Assembly: GCA_963724765.1 (NCBI GenBank)
Contig: CAVRVY010000001.1
Location: 928,001 to 992,000, forward strand
Source: an uncultured delta proteobacterium
GTDB taxonomy: Bacteria > Desulfobacterota > Binatia > Binatales > Binataceae
DNA length: 64,000 nucleotides
Direction: 5' to 3'
In this document: positions 42,210 to 51,397 of the stretch, one piece after another
Position numbering within the stretch: position 1 is the first letter of the stretch
Layout: the number at the start of each line of letters is the position of its first letter
Notes under the pieces: generated by a model
Told to the model about the DNA's origin: nothing
Database searches by the model: none
Seen by the model: the letters and a program-made list of their open reading frames with translations, nothing else
Program-made: the position numbers and the translations under genes

Positions 42210-43112
42210 TTAGTTTCGTGACCACCAGTCTCTTAGCTGCGGAAACGCGACCGTCAGACCGAAGTTGATCGTAGTCTGCGGCGCGCGCGCGGCGAATTGC
42301 CTATAGACCATCCACTGTCCCGTCACGAAGAGACTCATCGGCGGCAGCCCCGGACGCACAATCGATCGACCGAGACCGATGCTCAGCGGCAACATCGTGG
42401 GGTTTTTGTGGTGCCAACCCATCGTCCAGTTTGCGTCCGCTGACCGGAGATACCATTTGTCCCATAAATGAAGTGCAAAGACTGGTTGGAACTCAAAAGT
42501 GTTTTGCGGTGGACGCTTGGGTGACGTGTACGCGAAGCTAACGGGATTCTGGACAACGAACCCTGCCAGCAGTCCGGGAATGCCCGTGTAGATACCTCCA
42601 AACGCTGGTCCGACCTGCCAAGCACCTTGCCCGGCGCTTTTGGAGGTCGCGGTCGGAAACACAAATGTAGGTCCCACTCCGATCAGGAACCCGGTTTTCT
42701 TCCTGTCTGGCCATGGCAGAACCGCTACATCGAACATAGGCAGGTCACCGAACTCGGTGCGCGTTCCGCCTCGAGAGCTCGGCATTGTCACGAGTGCGAA
42801 AGTGGGTCGTACCAGCTGGACAAAGGGAAGTAGTGTGTTGGGCGGTATGCGCGGGATCAATGGTCGAATGATTAATTGGTTGGTCTTTTCATTTCTGAAG
42901 CACGATTGTGGCGTGCAAGGTCCGTAATTGGCTGGCGTGTAGCTATCCCGAACGAGCACCTGTGGCAGGGTCGTCAGCGGATCGTTGAAGTCTTGCTCCA
43001 ACTTTTCTTCGGCCGTCAGCGTCGTCGGAGCCTGGGCGAATCCAGCGCTCGGAGTGATCATCCAGAAGAGCATCAGCAACATACCAAGCGCTGCAAGAGT
43101 CCTCGTCAACAT
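42210..43112 (-). CDS. Paralogous putative outer-membrane beta-barrel
   Basis: GVGPTFVFPTAT, GQGAWQVGP, LTVAFP; convergent with 41220-42107. Confidence 0.6.
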   Translation of the reverse strand: MLTRTLAALGMLLMLFWMITPSAGFAQAPTTLTAEEKLEQDFNDPLTTLPQVLVRDSYTPANYGPCTPQSCFRNEKTNQLIIRPLIPRIPPNTLLPFVQLVRPTFALVTMPSSRGGTRTEFGDLPMFDVAVLPWPDRKKTGFLIGVGPTFVFPTATSKSAGQGAWQVGPAFGGIYTGIPGLLAGFVVQNPVSFAYTSPKRPPQNTFEFQPVFALHLWDKWYLRSADANWTMGWHHKNPTMLPLSIGLGRSIVRPGLPPMSLFVTGQWMVYRQFAARAPQTTINFGLTVAFPQLRDWWSRN

Positions 43113-43138
43113 TTTTGGTCTCAGTGAGAACTTTGCAC

Positions 43139-43427
43139 TTATCGCAGCGCGGTCGCCAGACGGCGTGGGCTTGTGTCGGTCTTGAGGCGGCCGCCGCGAA
43201 TCGCCTTGACCAAAGTCTTATAGTCGCGTTCGACCTGATCGGCGTATGCGACCGCGTAATCTCCGATCGCTTCGTCAAACTGATCGCTGCTGCCCAGATA
43301 CCCCGCTATGATTGCTGAATCACCTGCTTTGTCATGAGCCCGGGCCAGCGTCAGCCCGCAAATTTTGGCATACGCCTGCAATCACACGCGGCGTTTGGAT
43401 TTCGATGTCGACCGAGACCTTCATATA
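43139..43427 (-). pseudogene. DUF2252 C-terminal fragment
   Basis: DMKVSVD...YAKICGLTLARAHDKAGD..IAGYLG..YADQVERDY. Confidence 0.8.
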
Positions 43428-43541
43428 TCGTCAAATTGATCATTGCTGCGCAGATAAGAGCGTGCGCTTACGCTCCCACAGCGCCAGCGTGTGAAAGGCG
43501 AGGTCCCAGGCGGCGTACCACGGATATTCATGCGCGAGCGC

Positions 43542-44966
43542 TCACTTCGCCTCTTCGAAGACCGCCTCGACCTTTGCCTCGCGGATCGCACGTTTGAGCG
43601 CGGCGTGGTCCTTTTCGTTCTGGTCGGCGTAGGCAATCGAGAAAGCGGCGATCGCTTTGTCGAACTGGTCGCTCTGGCCCAGGTAACCGCTGATCATCGC
43701 GGCGTCCCCGGAGCGTGCGTGGGAGAGCGCCAGCGAGTAGCCGCAACACTGGGCGAAGAGGGTCATCTTGGCCGTGTCGAACGTCTCGACAGCAAACTTG
43801 ATCTTGACGTCGCGGAGCTGGCGGACATAGAAGTGACGTCCTCGCCTACCCTCGGTCCATCCAAGAAAGATGTCGCTGGCCGGCTGCATCAGCCGGTGGC
43901 CGTAAACGACACGCTGTCCGTGGTTCGGGAAGATGCTCTTTCCCGCATACGCCTCCAGAACCGATGCGCGCGCCTCCTTGACCTGCAAAATGAGAGCATC
44001 TCCTCCGCCGGCCATCAACAGCATTATAAAGCAGGCTGTGCCGACGCTCCCGACGCCGACGACCTTGGCTGCGGCGTCCTTGATTTCGTAGCGGTCGAGC
44101 AACATGCGATAGTTAGGCGCCAGGCTTTCGCGGTACCGGGTGAAGGCGTCCCTGACGTCCGCATGGATCTCACCGGCGGTGTGACCTTTCCAGTGAAAGA
44201 TCGCTGGGAGCTGGTCCTTGATAATCGGCGACCCGCCCGAATCGCCTACGAGCTTCGGGAACAGGCCTTCCGAGTTGCTGCTCTCACGCGCCTTCGCCAA
44301 GTTCTTGATCGCGCTGCGCCGGATCCCGGCATCTTTGACACCCGCGATCAGCATCTCGGCCTCGACGGCGAAGTACCACAGGTCCAGCACCTTCATTGCG
44401 GCGAACTCGGCCATGTGCTCGCGGTAGGACCTGACACAACTGAGAACCGCATCCTTGGCGGCGGATTCGCTGAGGCCGTTGTCGCGACAGGCGATCACGA
44501 AACTCGCCGCGAGACGCTTGAGGTCCCACTCCCAGGGCGCCGGGAGGGTCTCATCGAGGTCGTTGATGGCGAAGATGATTTGCCTCTCCGGGGTGGCGAG
44601 ACCCCGGAAGTTCACCAGGTGGGAGTCTCCGCCGCATTGCACGCGGACGCCGGTAGACGGAGTGCCCTCCAGATCCACCGCCATGGCGAGCGCCGAGCCC
44701 CGGTAGAAAGTGAACGGAGACGCCACCATGCGCCCGTGGCGAAGGGGAAGGAGCTCGGGGAGGCGTCCTTCGTCGGCCTTCAGCACCAGGCGGACCGGGT
44801 CCGGCCGGTCGTGCGGCAGCTTCCACTCGGCGTGTGAGGTTCGCGGACACTTGTCCCGCAAAGCTTTGCCCATCGCCGCCAGCTCAGCTCGCGAGTGGTG
44901 TGCCTGGAAGGCCGGGATCTTGTTGTCGACGGGTTGCCGGGACTTTGGGTTCTCGAGCTGGTTCAT
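43542..44966 (-). CDS. DUF2252-family protein (kinase-like), full length
   Basis: RHGRMVASPFTFYRG, GDSHLVNF, NDLDE, KVVGVGSVGT, LQVKEA, YVRQLRD. Confidence 0.9.
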   Translation of the reverse strand: MNQLENPKSRQPVDNKIPAFQAHHSRAELAAMGKALRDKCPRTSHAEWKLPHDRPDPVRLVLKADEGRLPELLPLRHGRMVASPFTFYRGSALAMAVDLEGTPSTGVRVQCGGDSHLVNFRGLATPERQIIFAINDLDETLPAPWEWDLKRLAASFVIACRDNGLSESAAKDAVLSCVRSYREHMAEFAAMKVLDLWYFAVEAEMLIAGVKDAGIRRSAIKNLAKARESSNSEGLFPKLVGDSGGSPIIKDQLPAIFHWKGHTAGEIHADVRDAFTRYRESLAPNYRMLLDRYEIKDAAAKVVGVGSVGTACFIMLLMAGGGDALILQVKEARASVLEAYAGKSIFPNHGQRVVYGHRLMQPASDIFLGWTEGRRGRHFYVRQLRDVKIKFAVETFDTAKMTLFAQCCGYSLALSHARSGDAAMISGYLGQSDQFDKAIAAFSIAYADQNEKDHAALKRAIREAKVEAVFEEAK

Positions 44967-45042
44967 CGTAACACTACCTCCCGCAAGCAGCGGGGTCTTG
45001 GCCTCTTTCGCTGTTTCGACGACAGTTTTTTAAGGGGTGAGA

Positions 45043-45109
45043 ACTTTTCCCGTAGTGACTTGCCTGCCTGCTGACACTCCGTGATCGTACGAATCTTCAC
45101 TTTGGCCAT
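45043..45109 (-). pseudogene. DUF2252 5' stub
   Basis: AGGAG RBS then MAKVKIRTITECQQAGKSLREK. Confidence 0.55.
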
Positions 45110-45199
45110 TTTGTTTCAGATCTCCTGGCCGACCTCCGCATCACCTGGACCGTTCGAGAGGTGCGCCCGAGGTGCTGACTCGATACTCTCGTCGGCGAC

Positions 45200-45297
45200 G
45201 GCGTCGCCGCGCTCTTCCTCTTCCCGACCTCTGCGGTCTGCGGCGTCACCGTGATCGTCACCTTATCGATCGTGCGGTGAATTTGTTGTCGCCTTCT
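45200..45297 (-). pseudogene. Possible arylsulfatase 3' remnant
   Basis: With a 1-nt shift reads KEGDNKFT(G)TIDKVTITVTP, resembling AtsA-type sulfatase C-termini. Confidence 0.4.
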
Positions 45298-45906
45298 TTA
45301 TTCAGATCCCATTTCGAAGGTTGCGGGCAGGGTCTCGTCGAAGTCGTTGATATCGAAAACGAGGCTGCGTTCGGGCGTGGCGAAGCCGCCGAAATTCATC
45401 AGATGGCAGTCGCCGCAGGAATGAACAATTATCCCGCTGCTTGGCGTACCCTTTAGGTCGTGCGCTTGTATCAGAGCCGTACCTCGAAAGTATGCGAACG
45501 CCGACTGCGCCATCCGCCCATGGCGGACAGGGATCAGATTCTCGAGCCGGTCTTTGTTCTGAGCTTCGATCAGTTTGACGACGTCACGCTCGCCTTGCCC
45601 AAGCACGATCTCGCGATGAGATGTACGCGGGCACTTTTCCCGCAGTGCTTTGCCTGCTTCGTGACGCTGTTCTTTAGTGAGGATACCAAGTGTGGCCTTT
45701 ACTTTTGTCCGTTTTGGCTTCGGCTGGCTTTTTCTTCGGCTCGCCGGACCACTCCTTCTAGCGCCGCTTGGCTTAGGAACGGCCGTCAGCGTGCGGCCCT
45801 TTTGAACCTTCGCTGTTCGCTTATCTTCCTTGTCGGGCACAGCGGTTGCTGCCGCCAATGGAGCTCCATTCTCTGAACCACGCAAAGCCTCTGTTGAATT
45901 CGCCAT
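45298..45906 (-). pseudogene. DUF2252 N-terminal third
   Basis: GKALREKCPR, RHGRMAQSAFAYFRG, GDCHLMNFG, NDFDETL, then truncated. Confidence 0.85.
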
Positions 45907-46004
45907 TTTCCTTACCTCGCTTTTGCCAACTCACAATTCAAGGGGCGCGCCACTCCCAACCAAGCGGTTCAAAGGTGAACGGCGACTGCAGCATCCGCCC
46001 GTGG

Positions 46005-46200
46005 GGAGTTTCCATCCCCCATGCGCCTCGCGCGGCACGTCCTCGCGCAAGGCCTTGCCCTCAGCGCGAGGCTCCGACGCAGTGCGAAATTGATCCTCCG
46101 TGGCAGAAGGGAACGATATCTCCGCGGACTTCTCTTTCTGGGCCCGCTTTTGGCCAGCGCCTTCCACGAGACGCACATCTGGTTTCTGCGATGCATCCAT
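46005..46200 (-). pseudogene. DUF2252 5' stub
   Basis: MDASQKPD...RAEGKALREDVPREAHGGWKLP. Confidence 0.65.
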
Positions 46201-46456
46201 GGGCGCTCTCTTCTTAAGGGATTGCGACGCACAAAAGATGCCGGCGAAATAAGCTTTGGAAAAGAGCTTTCCGAACCTGTTTGGTGCCCTTGGAGACGGA
46301 CGGCTGTATCCAAAAGACGCATTCTGATCTCCAACAGCCCGCACCTCACATAGCCCGGCGTGGATGAACAGGTCAGTGACGGCCGCGGATCCGCTCGTCC
46401 GTCAACTCGCGCTCGAACCTGGGGGCGCACTTCCCCGCGCCGCGACACTTCTTTCT

Positions 46457-47218
46457 TCAGCGGTTAGCCGGAGAGCATCCTCGATCGTGCTCAGCGCATC
46501 CTCGTGCGATTGGTATCGGCGAGCTGGGGATCGTAGCTGCATGTGCAAAAGCCTCCCCGTGACCTTCGACCGCCTTGCCTTTGACGATCGCCAGGTTCGT
46601 GCGTGCCTGGCTGTAGTCGGGAGCCTCGCGAAGCAGCGCACGCCACTGCGCGGATGCTTCGGCGTTCTTTCCCTGCCGAGCGTAGATGACACCCAGCATG
46701 TTGCGGGCATCCTGTTGTTTGGGCGCCAGGCGCAGAGTGGAAAGCATCTCCTGCTCCGCCTCGGTCAGCATATCGCGCCGTTCGTAGACCAAGCCGAGAT
46801 TGTAGTGGGATTCGGGTTGGTTCGAGTCGAGTCGAACGGCATGCCGCAATGCATCCATGGCTGCCGGCAGGTTGCCATTTGCGAGGAGGGCGATCCCCAT
46901 GTTGAGAAACAGGTCCCACCGCGAGAGCCCGAGCGCAGTGGCGCGCAGATACTCATTGAGTTCCTGCGTTTCGTCGCCCGTCATTCCGTACGCAAAGCCC
47001 AGATGATAGTGAGCGAGCGCGTTGGCTGGATGCTTCTGGAGGAACTCGCGATGAAGACGAATCGCGGCAGTGTAATCCTCTGTTACGAGATAATGATCGG
47101 CCGTCGCGTCGCAGATCGACTCCTCGATTGGATTGGCAGCGAGGCCAGCCAGGCCGCAGAGACAAATGAACAACAGCGCAATCGCGGTGCTCGATAGCAG
47201 TGAGCTATTTATAATCAC
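46457..47218 (-). CDS. Exported TPR protein
   Basis: NALAHYHLGFAYGMTG identical to 29766-30485. Confidence 0.85.
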   Translation of the reverse strand: MIINSSLLSSTAIALLFICLCGLAGLAANPIEESICDATADHYLVTEDYTAAIRLHREFLQKHPANALAHYHLGFAYGMTGDETQELNEYLRATALGLSRWDLFLNMGIALLANGNLPAAMDALRHAVRLDSNQPESHYNLGLVYERRDMLTEAEQEMLSTLRLAPKQQDARNMLGVIYARQGKNAEASAQWRALLREAPDYSQARTNLAIVKGKAVEGHGEAFAHAATIPSSPIPIARGCAEHDRGCSPANR

Positions 47219-47627
47219 AGGCTCGCCGCAGGGTGATCCTTCACCTAATTAGGCCAACTCCTTTAGAGACTGTCAGTCCGGCGTTTCGGGTTCTTAGTCA
47301 GCACTATGCATGCCAATGAAAATCGTATGATTTAGGCGATCTCTCACGAACGCAATGAAAGAGCAGGTTACAGCGCGCGTCATGAGCCGGAAAGCTGCGG
47401 TCCTGTAGCGCAGCAGTACCTGGTAAGCGCAGTCGAGTAGCGGGCGGCAGTTCTCGAACTGAACTTCGAACTGTGCGTGTGATGGCAATCAGCAGCAGTG
47501 TTTTCGCAGGGCACGCTGGCGCTGAATGATGGAATAGTCTCCCCGCTAAAGGTTCCGACTGACCTGAAAACCGAACGGAGATTGCGAGGACGAACGAACG
47601 CTAACTCGTTCTACGAAGAGTGACGAA

Positions 47628-47696
47628 CAGCCAAAGTTCAGCCAAAGTCAGCCGAGATCTCTGCGCGGGGGACTTGACAGCCAAAGTCCCCCGCGC
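47628..47696. repeat. Arm-type repeats plus 13-bp hairpin just past the tRNA fragment 3' end
   Basis: CAGCCAAAGT at 47628, 47639, 47678; GCGCGGGGGACTT/AAGTCCCCCGCGC at 47663-47696. Confidence 0.7.
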
Positions 47697-47726
47697 TAGA
47701 AATCGCAGCACTGTCGGGGATAATCT

Positions 47727-47784
47727 TGGTGCCGAGGGCGGGACTTGAACCCGCATGTGCTTGCGCACGGAGGATTTTGAGTCC
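47727..47784 (-). repeat. tRNA-Leu(CAA) 3' half (att site), not a complete tRNA
   Basis: Minus strand GGA-CTCAAAA-TCCTC, long variable arm, GGTTCAAGTCC T-loop, CCTCGGC-ACCA; no D arm or 5' acceptor strand. Confidence 0.9.
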
Positions 47785-47899
47785 GTCCCCAGTAACCACA
47801 AACCCTCTCTCCACCGCGCACGATCCAACACTATCAGTCACTTTCCTACTTGCTAGTCGAGTCCGAAACGCACCGTCGCCCCGATGGTGCGCGATAGTT

Positions 47900-48025
47900 C
47901 AGCCACACTTTAGCCACAATTCACAGCGCGAGATCGCCATAGCGCACTGGATGTCACATCCTCTGCGCCACGAAAAAGCCGCGTCATCATTGGGAAATTC
48001 GGCGACTGTGGCTGAAGTGTGGCGC
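47900..48025. repeat. Putative arm-type sites of the right-hand element
   Basis: CAGCCACACT/TAGCCACAAT (11-bp period); inverted copies at 48005-48025. Confidence 0.55.
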
Positions 48026-48109
48026 AACTTCGCGACTGTGGATCGGCACGAATCGACGGATCGAAGGGGCAATTTCGCCCCACCTAACCGGGTTCTAGGA
48101 GGGAAGGCG

Positions 48110-48562
48110 ATGCGAACGAGTAACAGGTCCGAGGCGTTCAAGCTGGCACGGCAGCTCGACAGCGACAGCGATCGCGAGGCGCTCGATGACGCGATGCTCG
48201 AACGCCACTGGAATGACTACCGCTGCGATGAGCTACCGGAGCCGTTGGATGCGATCTGGTTGCAGTGCGTCTTGAGCGTGCCCGGCGATGCGGCCGTGCG
48301 GCTGATGCAGAGCGCGGCCTACATCACACCGGCCACCGGCGTTCTCGACGACGCCACGATGGCCACTGTGCTGAAGGCGCGATCGGCGGGCGTCGAGGAG
48401 CTGTTGTTACATGAGCAAGCCGGTTACTACATCGGCTTGGCGCAACGAGAGATGTGCGGCATGGACCTGGCCTCGGGGTTGCGACGGATCGAGCGCTGCA
48501 ACCAGTTTTTGGCGGACTGGACGACGGCGCATCGGGTGAACGTCCCTCTGCGCGCGGTTTGA
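48110..48562 (+). CDS. Hypothetical protein
   Basis: GGAGG RBS then MRTSNRSE..., inside ORF 47726-48562. Confidence 0.55.
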   Translation: MRTSNRSEAFKLARQLDSDSDREALDDAMLERHWNDYRCDELPEPLDAIWLQCVLSVPGDAAVRLMQSAAYITPATGVLDDATMATVLKARSAGVEELLLHEQAGYYIGLAQREMCGMDLASGLRRIERCNQFLADWTTAHRVNVPLRAV

Positions 48563-48781
48563 TCCAACGGGGACCCCCCGGCGCGATGGAGGCAGCTAGC
48601 ATCGCGCCTGGGGCATCCTGTGCGTCGTGGCGGCCATTGCTGACGTGGAGGGCATCGTAAAACTGCCCGAACTTCCCTGGAGGCGAAATGGGTCCCATCG
48701 CCCAAAATAGCGACAGCACGTTTACTCGCAATCCAAAGGGCGCGGACGGATCGCGCCACAACGCAGGAAGGAGGTTAAGTC

Positions 48782-49162
48782 ATGATCACGCCCGATGAGA
48801 TTCTTCATCGACCCGAGTGTCTCGACGAGGTTGATCCACGCGCCGCGTACGCACTCGCCACGAAATTTCAAAGCGCCGCCTCGGCCTGCTTCCAGCGCGC
48901 GTTCCTGGGCCTTTCATCCATGGCTTCTGCGACTACGGATCGCGCCAACGCGCCCAAGCCCGAAAGCGACAAGCTGATCGCGATCAAGGACGCAGCCGCG
49001 CGGCTCAACAAGCATCGAAGTTGGATGGATCGCCACGGCCGCCGCCTCGGCATCGTGGTGTGCGACCCGACGACTGGGCGAGCTTTGGGATGTTCGACGC
49101 GCGCCATCGAGCGCTTCCTCAGCGTCGATCCCGCAGTCGCTCTCGCCGGGCGGAGGGTTTAG
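48782..49162 (+). CDS. Excisionase-like HTH protein with N-terminal extension
   Basis: LIAIKDAAARLNKHRSWM...AIERFL; AGGAGG RBS. Confidence 0.6.
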   Translation: MITPDEILHRPECLDEVDPRAAYALATKFQSAASACFQRAFLGLSSMASATTDRANAPKPESDKLIAIKDAAARLNKHRSWMDRHGRRLGIVVCDPTTGRALGCSTRAIERFLSVDPAVALAGRRV

Positions 49163-49165
49163 GCG

Positions 49166-49561
49166 ATGGATGCGGCTGATGAGACGATGTGCTGGTGCGC
49201 ATCCGCGGAAGGGTTACTGCGCGCGTTGATCCCCTACGCGATCCGTTCATTCAACGATGATGCCGACGACGCGCGACGGCTATTCGCCGATCACGGAATC
49301 GTGGACGTGGGCGCGGCGCTACAGCCTTTCCACGACGGCGCGATCATCATCGTAGAAGCGGAGCGCGAAGCGGCACGGCGGATCGTGGCGGGCGTCACGA
49401 CGCAGGCTGATGCCGATAAGCTAATCGTCGAGCTGGGCGCGATCATCGTCACGAGGGCGCTTTTGATGCTGCGCACGTTGATCCAGCGACTCAACGGAAA
49501 CGCGAAGCGCGACGCACATCGCGCCAAAAATGAAGGTACGGAGAATATTCATGCAGAATAA
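49166..49561 (+). CDS. Hypothetical protein
   Basis: Tightly coupled ORF in operon. Confidence 0.5.
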   Translation: MDAADETMCWCASAEGLLRALIPYAIRSFNDDADDARRLFADHGIVDVGAALQPFHDGAIIIVEAEREAARRIVAGVTTQADADKLIVELGAIIVTRALLMLRTLIQRLNGNAKRDAHRAKNEGTENIHAE

Positions 49562-49802
49562 CGAAGCAGTCGAAACCGTCGAGTTGGGCGCGAAGTGCGC
49601 GTGCGGGGCCGTCGCCACCGAGGCCGTGGCGTTTCGGGCAGCGCCGTGCGTTCTATGCCGTAGCTGCTATGAGCGGAAGTCGATGAGGTTTCGCGTCGAT
49701 GAGGAGTTTCTGATCGACGCGCTCACGGTCATCGCGCGCACGCAGGGTTTGAAGCCCATAACGCTTGACGCTCTGCGCGAGATGGTGATCGCCCGAACTT
49801 AG
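49551..49802 (+). CDS. Small Cys-rich hypothetical protein
   Basis: CACG...LCRSC; GGAG RBS. Confidence 0.5.
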   Translation: MQNNEAVETVELGAKCACGAVATEAVAFRAAPCVLCRSCYERKSMRFRVDEEFLIDALTVIARTQGLKPITLDALREMVIART

Positions 49803-49939
49803 TTGTAGGGAGAGAAGGAGCCCTGCCGCGAATCGGGCGGGAGGTTATCGCGCCAAACAAAAGACCATCGCCGTTGCATCGATTGACTTATTAGGTCAAC
49901 TGGCCCGAACTTCGTTAGTCAGATCGAAAGGAGGTTACG

Positions 49940-50482
49940 ATGCCTTTTTGCGTCAGTTGCGGCGTGGCGAACGTGAGCGGCGCACGATTCTGCAAGGCGT
50001 GCGGGGCGGCGGTAGCATCGCCGTCGCCTCTTCCACCATCGCTCCAGGCGCTTGCGGCACGGATGGAGATGCCGATGCCGTTAACCGTTGCCTGGTTCGA
50101 GCGATTGATGTACACCGCGCTTGGCCTTGGCTGCTTCAATGCGATTCTCGGTTATCCACGCCTATCGGAAGATCCTCGCATTTCGGCGCTTGGCGCGGAC
50201 TTCCCTTTAATCCTCGCTATCGTTTTCCTGTTATTTTCCCTGCCTCTCGCCGTGTGGTGGATCTGGCTGATTGCACGGCGGCGAAAAAACTGGGCGCGGT
50301 GGACGCAGCTTATCCTGCTTATCGTTAGTCTGCCGTTCGTCATGAGTAATGCGGCTACCATGCTTTTGACCACGCCGGTCGTCGGCGCTCTATCCGCGTT
50401 GGCAGGTGCGTTACAAGCCGCTGCGCTTGTTATGGTGTTTTCGGGCGAATCGCGCGACTGGTTCAAAAGGCCGGCAGTTTAG
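49940..50482 (+). CDS. Zn-ribbon + 4-TM membrane protein
   Basis: MPFCVSCG...FCKACG; RRKNWARW, ESRDWF. Confidence 0.75.
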   Translation: MPFCVSCGVANVSGARFCKACGAAVASPSPLPPSLQALAARMEMPMPLTVAWFERLMYTALGLGCFNAILGYPRLSEDPRISALGADFPLILAIVFLLFSLPLAVWWIWLIARRRKNWARWTQLILLIVSLPFVMSNAATMLLTTPVVGALSALAGALQAAALVMVFSGESRDWFKRPAV

Positions 50483-50504
50483 ATTCAGGCGGGAGGAAGC
50501 CGCG

Positions 50505-50876
50505 ATGCCCTATTGCACGTATTGCGGTGCAGCGAATGTGAACGGGGCCGTGTTCTGCAAGAGTTGCGGGACAATTACGCAACTGCCCGTTGCGGTACGA
50601 GTTACCGATGATCGTAAAGCACTACGCTGTAAATGTGGGTCTACCCAACTACACGCCGAAAAGCGCGGCTTTAGTTTGTGGTCGGGATTCATCGGCAGCC
50701 GTAAGATCATCGTTACCTGTCTAGCATGCGGACGTAGATATCGACCGGGATACCTACCAAATGACAGATCGGCGATGAGAGAGCCGATGGATCGAAGCGA
50801 TGTTCTTTTCGGCTTGATCATAGTGGGTATGTTTCTATTGACCCTACTTTTTGCAGGTATAATGCACCGCTTTTAG
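50505..50876 (+). CDS. Double Zn-ribbon + C-terminal TM protein
   Basis: MPYCTYCG...FCKSCG; CKCGSTQ...KRGFS...TCLACG. Confidence 0.75.
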   Translation: MPYCTYCGAANVNGAVFCKSCGTITQLPVAVRVTDDRKALRCKCGSTQLHAEKRGFSLWSGFIGSRKIIVTCLACGRRYRPGYLPNDRSAMREPMDRSDVLFGLIIVGMFLLTLLFAGIMHRF

Positions 50877-50886
50877 TAGAAGGATC

Positions 50887-51207
50887 ATGCCCTACTGTAC
50901 TCATTGCGGTGCTGCTAACGTGGATGATGCACAATTGTGCAAGGATTGTGGCGCGAGCATTGTGCGCTGGAATATCGAAGGGCTAATCAAAAGCGCCGTA
51001 TTCGGCATCGGTCTCGCCGTCGTATTACTCGTGTGCATCAAGGGTGAAGCAGCGCTGATGACGGAAGGTGTAGACTTTCCCCTGCTCCTGCTATTCGTCG
51101 TGTTTGGTTTATTGGGTATGGGAGCGCACATGGAGTTTACACGGTGGGGTCGTAAATGGCGGCTGCTGTCGCGGCTGCGCAATTACCTGATTAGACGACC
51201 GCCTTAA
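50887..51207 (+). CDS. Zn-ribbon + 2-TM protein
   Basis: MPYCTHCG...LCKDCG. Confidence 0.7.
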   Translation: MPYCTHCGAANVDDAQLCKDCGASIVRWNIEGLIKSAVFGIGLAVVLLVCIKGEAALMTEGVDFPLLLLFVVFGLLGMGAHMEFTRWGRKWRLLSRLRNYLIRRPP

Positions 51208-51397
51208 AATCCAATTCCACCCGGCTCAATCGCTCCCGGAGCGATGTCGTGATGCGCGTGGAATCGCGACAGTAGCGCAAGTTATTTGCACCCTCGATGT
51301 CGCAATATACGGAAAACTTTTGGCGCGGTATGGCGAAACGTGTTGGTCCGCTTTTGCGGCGCGCTACGCTTAGGGTGAGAGTTTGAAAGGAGGGTAA

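Larger units (their letters stand above)
4574..47784. mobile_element. Decayed integrative conjugative element/genomic island bounded by tRNA-Leu att repeats
   Basis: Direct tRNA-fragment repeats, CAGCCAAAGT repeats inside both ends, T4SS/relaxase/T4CP genes, tyrosine integrase. Confidence 0.75.

Noticed and set aside
43491-44837. 448-aa plus ORF
   Set aside because: Antisense shadow of DUF2252
47727-47815. Complete tRNA-Leu gene
   Set aside because: Homology stops in the anticodon stem; no D arm or GCCGAGG 5' acceptor strand
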